A DNA stretch of 39,110 nucleotides from Solirubrobacteraceae bacterium (GCA_036491155.1 DASXCN010000197.1:1-39110), one strand, 5' to 3'. Counted from the first letter of the stretch, positions 8,425 through 21,414 are shown. Notes: a model not told the origin generated them from the letters alone. A program made the numbers and translations.

Positions 8425-8955
8425 ATGGAAGAGATCGCCCAGGTCTACGCGCGCGCCCTGTTCGAGGTCGCGTCAGAGGAGGACACGCTCGACCGCGTCC
8501 ACGACGAGCTGGGCGTGTTCGCCGACGCGATGTCGGAGAACCGCGAGCTGATGCAGTTCTTCTTCTCGCCGTACTTCTCGGTCCCAGACAAGAAGGACGG
8601 CCTGCACAAGTCCGTCACCGGCGCCAGCCCCGCGATCAACAACTTCCTGGAGGCGCTCATCGAGCGCCATCGCATGCCCGCGATCTTCCGGATCCGCACG
8701 GAGTACAACGCGCTCTGGGACGAGGCGCGCAAGCTGCTCCCGGTGCAGATCACGAGCGCGATCGCGCTGGATGAAGGCGAGGTCAAGAGTCTGGGCGACC
8801 GAATCGGCAAGCAGGTCGACCGCCAGGTGCAGGTGTCCGCCGAGGTCGATCCCGACATCCTCGGTGGGGTAGTGCTGAGGGTGGGGAACGTCGTCCTCGA
8901 CGCCTCGATCAAAAACCGTCTGGAACAACTTCGAAAGCAAGTGGCGCAGGCGTAG
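8425..8955 (+). CDS. atpH: ATP synthase F1 subunit delta
   Basis: IAQVYARALF, ITSAIAL and VDPDILGGVVLRVGNVVLDASI. Confidence 0.95.
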   Translation: MEEIAQVYARALFEVASEEDTLDRVHDELGVFADAMSENRELMQFFFSPYFSVPDKKDGLHKSVTGASPAINNFLEALIERHRMPAIFRIRTEYNALWDEARKLLPVQITSAIALDEGEVKSLGDRIGKQVDRQVQVSAEVDPDILGGVVLRVGNVVLDASIKNRLEQLRKQVAQA

Positions 8956-8987
8956 GGCCACGCCTGTGAAGGGAGCGACCTAACAAG

Positions 8988-10619
<1,632 letters not shown>

Positions 10620-10645
10620 CGGCCGCCGGAGAGATCGACTGACGC

Positions 10646-11557
10646 ATGGCCACTTCGCAGCGAGACGTTCGCAACCGCATCGGTGCGGTCAAGAACATCC
10701 AGAAGATCACCCGGGCGATGGAGATGGTGGCCGCCGCCCGGCTGCGCCGCGCCGAGCAGCGCATCGAGGTGCTGCGGCCCTACGCGGACGCGATCCGGCG
10801 GATGACGCGCCAGGCGGCCGAGGCCGCCGGCGACCTGCCGCGGCTGCCGATCCTCCAGGAGCACGAGTCCGTCAACACGGTGGGCCTGCTGGTGGTGGCC
10901 GGGGACCGCGGTCTGGCCGGCGCCTTCAACTCCAATGCCGTGCGCGCCGGCGTCGCCGCCGGGCGCGAGCACGGCGCGGAGGGCCGCCACGTCCTCTACT
11001 ACGCCTCGGGCCGGCGCCCGGCGTCGTCGCTGACCTTCCGCGGCCTCGACGTGGCCCAGAGCTTCACCGGTTTCACCGATCGCCCCGCCTACGCCGACGC
11101 GCGCCGCATCGCCGAGCAGCTCATGTCCGCCTACGCGGACGGCGACCTCGACCGGGTCGAGATCTTCTACAACGGCTACATCTCGCCGCTGTCGCAGGTG
11201 ATCCGGCGCGAGACCCTGCTGCCGCTGCAGCAGGCCACCGTGCTCGACGATGACTCCGGCGAGGAGTCGGACGAGGGCGATAGCAATCAGGGTCCGCGGG
11301 CGCTTGTCGAGTACGAACCCGAACCGGAGGAGATCCTCAAGCGCCTGGTCCCCGACTATGTCGAGATTTCGATCTACCGGGCGCTGCTGGAGTCGACGGC
11401 GTCCGAGCACGGTGCTCGCATGACCGCGATGCGCAACGCGTCAGACAACGCGTCGACGCTCATCGACGACTTGACCTTGCAGATGAACCGAGCCCGCCAG
11501 GCCGAGATCACACAGGAGATCATGGAGGTCGTGGCCGGCGCAGAAGGCCTCGGATAA
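10646..11557 (+). CDS. atpG: ATP synthase F1 subunit gamma
   Basis: KITRAMEMVAAARL, DRGLAGAFN, SEHGARMTAM and NRARQAEITQEIMEVVAGA. Confidence 0.98.
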   Translation: MATSQRDVRNRIGAVKNIQKITRAMEMVAAARLRRAEQRIEVLRPYADAIRRMTRQAAEAAGDLPRLPILQEHESVNTVGLLVVAGDRGLAGAFNSNAVRAGVAAGREHGAEGRHVLYYASGRRPASSLTFRGLDVAQSFTGFTDRPAYADARRIAEQLMSAYADGDLDRVEIFYNGYISPLSQVIRRETLLPLQQATVLDDDSGEESDEGDSNQGPRALVEYEPEPEEILKRLVPDYVEISIYRALLESTASEHGARMTAMRNASDNASTLIDDLTLQMNRARQAEITQEIMEVVAGAEGLG

Positions 11558-13129
<1,572 letters not shown>

Positions 13130-13136
13130 CTGAACG

Positions 13137-13556
13137 ATGGCTGACCACGCGACGTTCCCGGTCGAGGTGCTGACGCCTGACGGCAAGGTGTTCGCCGAGG
13201 AGGTGCAGATGATCTCCACGCGGACGACCATCGGCTCGATCGGCATCCTGGCCAACCACGAGCCGGTGCTGGCCATGCTCGACCCTACGGAGCTGCGGCT
13301 GTATCGCTCCGACTCCGACATCGTGCGGTTCGCCCAGTCCGAGGGCTACATGCAGGTGGCCAACAACCGGGCGCTGCTGCTGGTGGAGGAGGCCCACGAG
13401 CCGGATTCGCTTGACGCCGGAGAGCTGCGCGATCGCCTCCAGCAGGCCGAGCACGAGCTCGATGAGGCCGGCGAGGATTCCGAGCGCAGGCGGGTGGCCG
13501 AACGCGACAAGCGCCGCTGGGAGGCGTTCCTGAGGATCGCCGAGGGCGGGCATTAG
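13137..13556 (+). CDS. atpC: ATP synthase F1 subunit epsilon
   Basis: VEVLTPDG and GSIGILANHEP, with a C-terminal helical hairpin. Last gene of the operon. Confidence 0.95.
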   Translation: MADHATFPVEVLTPDGKVFAEEVQMISTRTTIGSIGILANHEPVLAMLDPTELRLYRSDSDIVRFAQSEGYMQVANNRALLLVEEAHEPDSLDAGELRDRLQQAEHELDEAGEDSERRRVAERDKRRWEAFLRIAEGGH

Positions 13557-13589
13557 CCTTAGCCAGCCGTCAGGTGAATCGCCTACGCT

Positions 13590-13617
13590 CCGCGGCTCAT
13601 GGTTGATGAGCCGGCGG
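13590..13617 (+). terminator. Stem-loop after atpC, possible terminator; overlaps a mini-ORF start
   Basis: cggctcat (13593-13600)/atgagccg (13606-13613) form a perfect 8-bp stem with a ggttg loop. The stem can be extended with one bulge. Confidence 0.4.
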
Positions 13618-13637
13618 CCGACGGGGGCGCGGTGTGA
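13599..13637 (+). CDS. Putative 12-aa leader ORF (MVDEPAADGGAV) translationally coupled to the first LCP gene
   Basis: TACGCT -10 lies 9 nt upstream of the ATG. The stop overlaps the LCP GTG start (GTGA). Both ends resemble the termini of the M20 protein. Confidence 0.4.
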   Translation: MVDEPAADGGAV

Positions 13638-15175
13638 TCCCGCGCACCCGTCTCGGGATGGCGTGGCGCTTCGTGCTGGCCGGAGTGCTGATCACGGCCG
13701 CCGCTGCGGGGACGACGGCGGTGGCCGGGTTGCTCCAGGTCAAGGACCTCGCCGACGCCCTCTCGATACAGAGGCCGATCCAGAGCGACCAGATTCAGCT
13801 GCCATCGCCGGGCAAGCCGCAGACGATCCTCATCATCGGCTCCGATCACCGTGCCGGCGAGGCGTTCCGCGACTCCAACACCGACACGATGCTGCTGGTC
13901 CGCCTCAACAGCCACTCGTCGACGATCAACGTGCTCTCGATCCCGCGTGATCTCCAGGTGACGATCCCCGGCTTCGGGTCAGCCAAGATCAACAGCGCCT
14001 ATCAGGACGGCGGGCCCAACCTGCTCATCAAGACGATCCGCCAGAACGTGTTCCCGACGCTGAGGGTCAACCACATCGTCGACGTCAACTTCGGCGGATT
14101 CACCGACCTCGTCAACGCGATCGGCTGCGTCTACTCCGATGTCGACCACCGCTACTACAACAACACGCTCTACACCAACTACTCGAGCATCGACGTCCAG
14201 CCCGGTTACCAGAAGCTGTGCGGAACCCAGGCGCTGGAGTTCGTGCGCTTTCGCCATACCGACTCCGACATCACCCGCAATGCTCGCCAGCAGGACTTCG
14301 TCCGGTGGGCCAAGGACCAGTACGGCGTCGACCGGCTGTTCAACAACCGGATCAGGCTGCTGCGCATCTTCGGCAAGCACGCCCAGACCGACAAGGGCCT
14401 GCACTCTACCGACGGGCTCATCAACCTGTTCAACCTGGTTCTCAACGCGGCGGGCAACACGATCCGTCAGTTCCAGTTCCCGGCGGTGTTCGAGCCCTGC
14501 AGCAGCGGCACGACCACCGGCACCACGCAGGCCTGCTTCGTGACGTCTGACTCCAGCGCTGAGCATGCGGTGTTCAGCCGCTTCATGACCCCGACGCCCC
14601 GGCCCAAGGCCCAGCCCAGGACGGCCACCCCGCGCATCAGCTCGGCGTCCAAGCGCAAACTCTCCAAGGGCCCGAGGATCAATACCAGGGGCCTGGCCTC
14701 CAACCCGGCCGCGGGCCAGGCACAGGCCGCCGCCCTGACCAAGCTCAAGATGCCGGTCTACTATCCGCGGCTGCTCCAGTCACAAGCCACGTACTGCGTC
14801 AGCACGGCCGAGAACTGTCCGGTGGGGGAGGGCGCCGGCGCCGGCTTCTATCCGCGGGAGTACGTCATCCGCGGCCCGCACGGGGCGCCGTATCAGGCCT
14901 ACCGAATGACGCTCAGCATCAACCCGGTCCTCGGTCAGTACTACGGCGTGCAGGGCACGACCTGGAACAGTCCGCCGCTGTTGGCCAGCCCCAGCGGCAC
15001 CAAGGTGGTCTCCGGCAAGAAGCTCTACCTGTATGCCGACGGCGGCCGGCTCACGAACGTGGCCTGGAAGAGCCCACGGGGCTACTGGTACTGGATCTCC
15101 AACACGCTTCAGAGCACCATCACCAACACGCAGATGGTCGGGATGGCGGCTTCGTTCACGCTCGCCACTCACTAG
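13634..15175 (+). CDS. LytR-CpsA-Psr (LCP) family glycopolymer transferase with a C-terminal extra domain, copy 1
   Basis: N-terminal TM, TILIIGSDHR, DTMLLVR, SIPRD, KINSAY, FVRFRH and RNARQQ. Confidence 0.92.
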   Translation: MIPRTRLGMAWRFVLAGVLITAAAAGTTAVAGLLQVKDLADALSIQRPIQSDQIQLPSPGKPQTILIIGSDHRAGEAFRDSNTDTMLLVRLNSHSSTINVLSIPRDLQVTIPGFGSAKINSAYQDGGPNLLIKTIRQNVFPTLRVNHIVDVNFGGFTDLVNAIGCVYSDVDHRYYNNTLYTNYSSIDVQPGYQKLCGTQALEFVRFRHTDSDITRNARQQDFVRWAKDQYGVDRLFNNRIRLLRIFGKHAQTDKGLHSTDGLINLFNLVLNAAGNTIRQFQFPAVFEPCSSGTTTGTTQACFVTSDSSAEHAVFSRFMTPTPRPKAQPRTATPRISSASKRKLSKGPRINTRGLASNPAAGQAQAAALTKLKMPVYYPRLLQSQATYCVSTAENCPVGEGAGAGFYPREYVIRGPHGAPYQAYRMTLSINPVLGQYYGVQGTTWNSPPLLASPSGTKVVSGKKLYLYADGGRLTNVAWKSPRGYWYWISNTLQSTITNTQMVGMAASFTLATH

Positions 15176-15191
15176 GATCGCGTGCCTGCTG

Positions 15192-16334
15192 ATGATTGAC
15201 GAGTTGGTAGTGGCCGAGCGTCTGATCGGCTACGAGACGTCGCGTCCGGACGTGCTCGTGGCCGCCGCGGGGTTCGTCAAGGGCTGGCTGGAATCGCGCG
15301 ACATCGAGGTCGCTGAGCGCGACCATCACGGCTTGCCCGTTTTGGTGGCCGAGGTCGGGGCCACCCACGAGTCGGCGCCGTGCGTGGTCCTGCACGGCCA
15401 TCTCGACGTGGTGCCCGGACGGCCCGAGCAGTTTGCGCCTCGGGTCGAGGGTGACCGGCTCATCGGCCGCGGCGCATATGACATGAAGGGCGGCCTGGCG
15501 GCGATGATGTGCGTGCTCAAGGATGTGGCCCGCCAGGAGGGGGTGCGAGTGCGCTTCGTCTGCGTGCCCGACGAGGAGTCCGAGGAGATCGATGAGCGCT
15601 CGACGGACGCCGTGGTGACGAGCGGATTGGGCGGGAACTTCGCCATCACCGGCGAACCTACGAACATGCACATCGGTGTGCAGGCCAAGGGTGTGCTCGC
15701 CATGCGGATCGTCGTGCACGGCCGGTCGGCTCACAGCTCGACGCCGTGGCTGGGTGACAACGCCGTGCTCAAGGCCGTCGACGTGTTCCGCGCCATCGAA
15801 TCCCTCCCGTTCAGCCGCGAGTCCTCGGAGATGTTCGACCGCCCCTCGATCAACCTGGGCCGGATCGCCGGCGGCGACGTGCTCAACAAGGTCCCCGACC
15901 GCTGCGAGATGGCCGTCGACGTGCGCTACCTGCCGGGCCAGGACCCCGGCGAGATCCTCGCCCAGGTGCGTGCCATCGGGGCCATCGACGTCACCCGTAC
16001 CTTCATTCACCCCCCGGTGACCGTGCCGCGGTCAAACCAGTACGTGCAGGCGCTTCGCGACGCCGTGTCGCGGGCCACCAGCGGCGAGGTCATGAGCGTG
16101 GGCCGCGACGGGGCCTCGGACGCCGCCTCGTTCATTGAGGCCGGCATCCCGGCCGTGGAGTTCGGGCCCCAGGGTGGTGGCCACCACGGCCCCGACGAAT
16201 GGGTTTCGGTGTCCTCGCTGCAGCGCTATCGCCAGGCGCTGTCTGACTTCGTACGCGCCCTGCCCCAGCGGCTGGCCCAGCCTCGGGCCGGCGAAGCCGG
16301 CCAACTGCGCGCGGTCGACGGAGGAGCAGCGTGA
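15192..16334 (+). CDS. M20/ArgE/DapE-family metallo-amidohydrolase
   Basis: HGHLDVVP, GRGAYDMKGG, DEE, GEP, GRSAHSS and HGPDE. Start at ATG 15192 (MIDELVVAER) within ORF 15033..16334. Confidence 0.9.
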   Translation: MIDELVVAERLIGYETSRPDVLVAAAGFVKGWLESRDIEVAERDHHGLPVLVAEVGATHESAPCVVLHGHLDVVPGRPEQFAPRVEGDRLIGRGAYDMKGGLAAMMCVLKDVARQEGVRVRFVCVPDEESEEIDERSTDAVVTSGLGGNFAITGEPTNMHIGVQAKGVLAMRIVVHGRSAHSSTPWLGDNAVLKAVDVFRAIESLPFSRESSEMFDRPSINLGRIAGGDVLNKVPDRCEMAVDVRYLPGQDPGEILAQVRAIGAIDVTRTFIHPPVTVPRSNQYVQALRDAVSRATSGEVMSVGRDGASDAASFIEAGIPAVEFGPQGGGHHGPDEWVSVSSLQRYRQALSDFVRALPQRLAQPRAGEAGQLRAVDGGAA

Positions 16335-17878
16335 TCCCCCGTACCCGCCTGGGGATGGTGTGGCGCTTCGCGTTGTGCGGGGCGCTCCTGATCGCCGGGG
16401 CTGCCGCCACCACCGCGGTCGCGGGCCTGCTCCAGGTCAAGACGATCGTCGGCGAGATCTCCATCAACCCCGGGATCGTCAGCAAGCAGATCGTCCTGCC
16501 CAAGGCGGGCGCGCCCCAGACGATCCTGCTGATCGGCTCAGACCATCGCGCCGGAGAGCCGTTCCGGTTTTCCAACACGGACACGATGCTGCTGGTCCGC
16601 CTCAACGCGAAGTCCTCGACGATCAACGTGATGTCGATCCCGCGGGACCTGGAGGTCGACATCCCGGGCCACGGCATGGCCAAGATCAACGCCGCGTACA
16701 GCGAGGGCGGCTACGGGCTCTTGATCAAGACGATCAAGCAGAACGTGTTCCCCGACCTCCGCGTCAACCACATCGTGGACACGAACTTCACGGGCTTCTC
16801 GGACCTCGTGGACGCCATCGGGTGCGTCTACTCCGACGTCGACCGCCGCTACTACAACGACTCGAACTCTGGGCTGCCCGACGACAACTACTCGAGCATC
16901 GACATCGAGCCCGGCTATCAGACGCTCTGCGGCCACAATCAGTCCGTCAGTGGCGCGCTGCCGTTCGTGCGCTTCCGCCACCTGGACTCCGACATCGTCC
17001 GCGAGGCCCGTCAGCAGGACTTCATCCGCTGGGCCAAGGACCAGTTCAACGTGTCCAAGCTCCTCTCTGAGAAGGACAGGCTGCTCAAGATCTTCGGCAA
17101 GCACTCCACGCTGGACAAGGGCCTGGAGTCGACCGATCAGATCCTCGACCTGTTCGCGCTGGTGCTCCACGCTGACGCGAGCACGATCCATCAGGTGGCT
17201 TTCCCGGCCGACCTGCAGCCGTGCACGGCGACGTCGTGCGTCGTCACCAGCAACCAGGACGCCGAACAGACGGCGTTCCGGCGGTTCATGGCGGCCACGC
17301 CCAAGGCGTCGACCGCCGCCGCCAACAAGGCGAAGGTGACCCCGGCGTCGCTCAAGGGCCACAGGCGCATCGCCAAGATCCCCACCGGTGGCCTGACCGC
17401 GGACACCGGCGACGGGCACGAGCAGGCGACAGCCCTTGCCCACCCCGGCATGCCCGTCTATTACCCGCGGCTGATCAAGGCGGGCTCCGAGTACTGCATG
17501 AGCACCACCGGCAACTGTGTTGGAGGCGGCGAGCCGCCCGACCAGTACATCCACTCCTACCCGCGCGAGTACCTCATCCGCGACCAGAGAGGGCGGCCGC
17601 ACGCCGCCTACCGGATGACGCTCGCGCTCAACCCGGTGCTGGGCGAGTACTACGGCGTGCAGGGCACCGCCTGGGCAAACCCGCCGCTGCTGCGCAGCCC
17701 TAGCGGCACTCGAGACATCAACGGCAAGCACCTGCTCCTGTTCGCCAACGGCGGCCGGCTGACGACGGTGGCCTGGCGCAGCGGCGCGAACTGGTACTGG
17801 ATCTCCAACACGCTGACCAGCACCATCCCCAACCCGCAGATGGTGGGGATCGCCGCCTCGTTGACCCTGGCGCGGTAG
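16331..17878 (+). CDS. LCP family glycopolymer transferase with a C-terminal extra domain, copy 2
   Basis: Same motifs as copy 1 (GSDHR, NTDTMLLVR, SIPRD, FVRFRH, REARQQ). GTGA overlap with the M20 stop. Confidence 0.92.
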   Translation: MIPRTRLGMVWRFALCGALLIAGAAATTAVAGLLQVKTIVGEISINPGIVSKQIVLPKAGAPQTILLIGSDHRAGEPFRFSNTDTMLLVRLNAKSSTINVMSIPRDLEVDIPGHGMAKINAAYSEGGYGLLIKTIKQNVFPDLRVNHIVDTNFTGFSDLVDAIGCVYSDVDRRYYNDSNSGLPDDNYSSIDIEPGYQTLCGHNQSVSGALPFVRFRHLDSDIVREARQQDFIRWAKDQFNVSKLLSEKDRLLKIFGKHSTLDKGLESTDQILDLFALVLHADASTIHQVAFPADLQPCTATSCVVTSNQDAEQTAFRRFMAATPKASTAAANKAKVTPASLKGHRRIAKIPTGGLTADTGDGHEQATALAHPGMPVYYPRLIKAGSEYCMSTTGNCVGGGEPPDQYIHSYPREYLIRDQRGRPHAAYRMTLALNPVLGEYYGVQGTAWANPPLLRSPSGTRDINGKHLLLFANGGRLTTVAWRSGANWYWISNTLTSTIPNPQMVGIAASLTLAR

Positions 17879-17900
17879 GCCCGGGGGCGGCGGACCTCGC

Positions 17901-17906
17901 TACCCT
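17901..17906 (+). promoter_or_regulatory. -10 hexamer TACCCT, 9 nt before the ugd ATG (probable leaderless or near-leaderless promoter)
   Basis: TANNNT pattern, with no SD before ATG 17916. Confidence 0.45.
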
Positions 17907-17915
17907 CGCCTCGTC

Positions 17916-19202
17916 ATGGCTACCGAACGCCAACCCATCGCGGTCATCGGGACCGGCTACGTCGGCCTGGTCACCGCCGCGGGTTTCGCCGAGCTCGGCT
18001 CCGAAGTCTGGTGCGTCGACGTCGACGCGGACAAGATCGAGCGCCTCAAGCGCGGCGAGATCCCCATCTACGAACCCGGCCTGACCGAGTCGGTGGCGCG
18101 CAACTCCGGGCGACTGCACTTCTCCACCGACCTGGCCCCGGCGCTCGAGCACGCCCGGCTGCTCTTCGTCGCCGTCGGCACCCCGCCCACCTACTCCGGC
18201 GACGCCGACCTGTCAGCCGTCCACGCCGTGGTGGAGTCGATGCCGCGCTCAGATCACCACGCCCTGGTGATGAAGTCGACCGTCCCGGTCGGCACCGGGG
18301 CCTCGATCAAGCGGATGTTCGCTGAGCACGGCAAGGAGGGCTTTGCCTACGTCTCCTGCCCGGAGTTCCTCAAGGAGGGCTCGGCGCTGCAGGACTTCCT
18401 GGAGCCCGATCGCGTGGTTGTGGGCGATGACGGCAACTGGGCCGGCGACGCGGTCGCGGCGCTCTATGAGCCCCTCGACGCCCCCGTCGTGCGCACCGAC
18501 ATCGCCTCGGCCGAGATGGTCAAGCTGGCCGCCAACGCCTTCCTGGCCACCAAGATCAGCTTCATCAACGAGATCGCCAACGTCTGTGAGGAGACCGGCG
18601 CCGATGTGCTCGAGGTGGCCCGGGGGATGGGCCTGGATCAGCGCATCGGCAAGCACTTCCTCAAGCCGGGCATCGGCTTCGGCGGAAGCTGCTTCCCGAA
18701 GGACGTCTCGGCGCTCAAGCAGCTGGCCGGCAACTCCGGGTACCACTTCCAGCTGCTGACCGCCGTCATCGAGGTCAACGAGCTGCAGAAGCGGAGGGTC
18801 ATCGGCAAGCTCCAGAAGCACCTGGGCTCGCTGGTGGGCAAGCGCGTGGCCCTGCTGGGCCTCGCCTTCAAGGCCAACACCGATGACATGCGCGAGGCCT
18901 CCTCGCTGGTGTTGGCCGCGCGGCTGCAGGCCGACGGGGCGACGGTGACGGCCTATGACCCGATCGCCGAGCACGAGGCTCGCAAGCGGATGCGGGGCGT
19001 GCAGTTCGCCGACTCGGCGCTCGGCGCGCTGGAAGGTGCCGACGCGGCCATCCTCGTCACCGAGTGGCCCGAGTTCAAAGAGCTGGACTGGAACGAGGTC
19101 AAGTCGCGGATGGCCGGCGACCTCCTGGTGGACGGGCGCAACTTCACCGACCGTGAGGCCGTGGCGGCGGCCGGGTTCATTTACGAGGGCATCGGACGCT
19201 GA
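17916..19202 (+). CDS. ugd: UDP-glucose/GDP-mannose dehydrogenase family (UDP-glucose 6-dehydrogenase)
   Basis: IGTGYVG Rossmann motif, PIYEPGL, KSTVPVGT, PEFLKEG, catalytic GFGGSCFPKD and GLAFKANTDDMRE. Confidence 0.93.
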   Translation: MATERQPIAVIGTGYVGLVTAAGFAELGSEVWCVDVDADKIERLKRGEIPIYEPGLTESVARNSGRLHFSTDLAPALEHARLLFVAVGTPPTYSGDADLSAVHAVVESMPRSDHHALVMKSTVPVGTGASIKRMFAEHGKEGFAYVSCPEFLKEGSALQDFLEPDRVVVGDDGNWAGDAVAALYEPLDAPVVRTDIASAEMVKLAANAFLATKISFINEIANVCEETGADVLEVARGMGLDQRIGKHFLKPGIGFGGSCFPKDVSALKQLAGNSGYHFQLLTAVIEVNELQKRRVIGKLQKHLGSLVGKRVALLGLAFKANTDDMREASSLVLAARLQADGATVTAYDPIAEHEARKRMRGVQFADSALGALEGADAAILVTEWPEFKELDWNEVKSRMAGDLLVDGRNFTDREAVAAAGFIYEGIGR

Positions 19203-19206
19203 CGCC

Positions 19207-20310
19207 GTGCAGGCGCTGATCCTCGCCGGGGGGGAGGGGACGCGGCTGCGGCCGCTCACCTCCACCGTCCCCAAACCGGTGGTCCCCCTGGTGGACCGCC
19301 CGTTCATCGTCTACATGATCGAGTGGCTGCGCGGCCACGGCGTCGACGACGTCATCCTGGCCTGCGGCTTCATGGCCGATGGGGTGCGCTCCGTGCTCGG
19401 CGACGGGTCCGCGCTCGACGTCCGCCTGCGCTACATCGAAGAGCCGAGCCCGCTGGGCACGGGCGGCGCGCTGAAGTTCGCCGAGGAGTTGCTCGACGAG
19501 CGGTTCTTCATGCTCAACGGGGACGTCCTCACCGACATGGATCTCACCGCCGAGCTGCGCCAGCACGAGGAGTCCGGCGCACGGGCCACGCTGGCCCTCA
19601 TCGCCGTTGACGACCCGTCGGCCTACGGGCTGGTCCGGCTCGACGACAACCTCGCCGTGCGGGAATTCGTCGAGAAGCCCAGCCCGGACGAGGCGGGCAC
19701 GTGCCTGATCAACGCCGGCGCCTACATCCTGCAGCGCGATGTGCTCGACGGGATGGCCCCCGCCGGGACCAAGATCTCGATCGAGCGCGAGGTGTTCCCC
19801 ATGCTGGTCGGCAACGGGCTCTACGGCTACGAGGCATCGGGCTACTGGATGGACATCGGCACCCCGGAGCGCTACCTGCAGGCGACCTTCGAGATCCTCG
19901 AGGGCGACGTCCGCACCGAGGTCGGGCAGGCCGTAGCCGCGGCGGGCGGGGTGCTGCGCCACGGTGGCACCGGCTCGGGGATCGTGCACGGGCCGGCGCT
20001 GGTGGGCTCCGAATGCGAGCTGCACGAGAGCGCGCACGTCGGCGCCCGCAGCGTGCTGGGCTCAGGGGTGAAGGTCGGCGCGGGGGCGCACATCGACAAC
20101 TCGGTCGTCTTGGACGGCACCACGATCGGCGCCGGCACGCGGATCACCGGGTCGATCGTGGGGCCCGGGGTCACCATCGGCGAGCATTGCCGCATCGAGG
20201 GGCGAGTGGTCCTTGGCCGCGGCGTCATCGTCGGCTCGGGCAACACGCTGCTCGAGGGGATGCGTATCTTTCCGGGCGTGGAGCTCCCCGACGGAGCCAT
20301 CGCGTTTTGA
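19207..20310 (+). CDS. NDP-sugar pyrophosphorylase (mannose-1-phosphate guanylyltransferase-like) with a left-handed beta-helix
   Basis: ILAGGEGTRLRPLT..PKP, PLGTGGA, NGDV, FVEKP, INAGAY and YWMDIGTP, plus hexapeptide repeats. Start GTG 19207. Confidence 0.9.
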   Translation: MQALILAGGEGTRLRPLTSTVPKPVVPLVDRPFIVYMIEWLRGHGVDDVILACGFMADGVRSVLGDGSALDVRLRYIEEPSPLGTGGALKFAEELLDERFFMLNGDVLTDMDLTAELRQHEESGARATLALIAVDDPSAYGLVRLDDNLAVREFVEKPSPDEAGTCLINAGAYILQRDVLDGMAPAGTKISIEREVFPMLVGNGLYGYEASGYWMDIGTPERYLQATFEILEGDVRTEVGQAVAAAGGVLRHGGTGSGIVHGPALVGSECELHESAHVGARSVLGSGVKVGAGAHIDNSVVLDGTTIGAGTRITGSIVGPGVTIGEHCRIEGRVVLGRGVIVGSGNTLLEGMRIFPGVELPDGAIAF

Positions 20311-20315
20311 GCACC

Positions 20316-21371
20316 ATGAGCTCGCTCTCGGCTGAGGCGATCGCGGCGGTCGACACCAGCCACCAGTTCGGAGACGTCCAGGGGCTGCCTGAGCACCTGC
20401 GCGACGCCCAGTGGCGCGTGGAATCGGCCAACCTCAGCCCGCAGGACTCGCCCGGCGGTCTCGTGGTCGCCGGCATGGGAGGATCGGCGGTGGGCGGCAT
20501 GCTGGCGCTGGCCGCGCTCGGCGACCGCGCGTCCCGGCCGATCGTGGTGGCGCGCGACTATGGGCTGCCGGCATGGACGACGCCCGAGACCACCGTCCTG
20601 TGCGCCAGCTACTCGGGGGACACCGAGGAGACCCTGGCCGCCTACGAGGCCGCCGGAGCCCTGGGCGCGCGGCGGTTCGTCAGCACCACCGGCGGGGCGC
20701 TGGCCCGCTCGGCGCGCGCCGAGGGCGTGCCGGTGATCCCGCTGCCCGGCGGTTTCCAGCCTCGGGCCGCGGTGGGCTATGGCCTGGTGGTGGCGCTGGA
20801 GGTGGCGGCACTGGCCGGCTGTTGTGAGCCGCTGCGCACCGAGATCGATGTCGCCGCTGCCCACGCCGAGCATCTCGTCCAGGAATGGGGGACCTCCTCG
20901 CCCGAGGACTCTCTGGCCAAGACGATCGCCCGTTCGCTGCACGGGACCGTCCCCCAGATCGCCGGGGCGGGGTTGACCACGCCCATCGCCTATCGATGGA
21001 AGACCCAGATCAACGAGAACGCGAGCGCCCCGGCGTTCGCCACCGAGCTGCCCGAGCTCGATCACAACGAGATCGTCGGCTGGGAGAACGCAGCCGAGCT
21101 GGGCCGCTTCAGCGCGGTGTTCCTCGATGACTGCGACCTGCACCCTCGGGTCCGGACGCGGATCGAGCTGACGCTCGAGGTGCTGGGCGCGCAGGCCGCT
21201 GCGACGCACCGGGTCGAGAGCCTCGGGCAGACTCGTGTGGAGCGGCTGGTGTCGCTCGTGCTCCTCGGCGACCTCGTCTCGATGTACATGGCCGTGCTGG
21301 CCGGGCGCGATCCCGCGGCGATTGCGTCGATCACGCAGCTCAAGACGGCGCTGGCCGAGCGCGCGGACTAA
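20316..21371 (+). CDS. Bifunctional phosphoglucose/phosphomannose isomerase (PGI/PMI, SIS domains)
   Basis: GMGGSA, SYSGDTEET, TGG, QPRAA, RWKTQINEN and PELDHNEIVGW. Start is ATG 20316 or the overlapping TTG 20307. Confidence 0.92.
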   Translation: MSSLSAEAIAAVDTSHQFGDVQGLPEHLRDAQWRVESANLSPQDSPGGLVVAGMGGSAVGGMLALAALGDRASRPIVVARDYGLPAWTTPETTVLCASYSGDTEETLAAYEAAGALGARRFVSTTGGALARSARAEGVPVIPLPGGFQPRAAVGYGLVVALEVAALAGCCEPLRTEIDVAAAHAEHLVQEWGTSSPEDSLAKTIARSLHGTVPQIAGAGLTTPIAYRWKTQINENASAPAFATELPELDHNEIVGWENAAELGRFSAVFLDDCDLHPRVRTRIELTLEVLGAQAAATHRVESLGQTRVERLVSLVLLGDLVSMYMAVLAGRDPAAIASITQLKTALAERAD

Positions 21372-21414
21372 CGGCCGGCCGGCCGCCGCGGGGCCACGGG
21401 CCCGCCGCCAGGGG

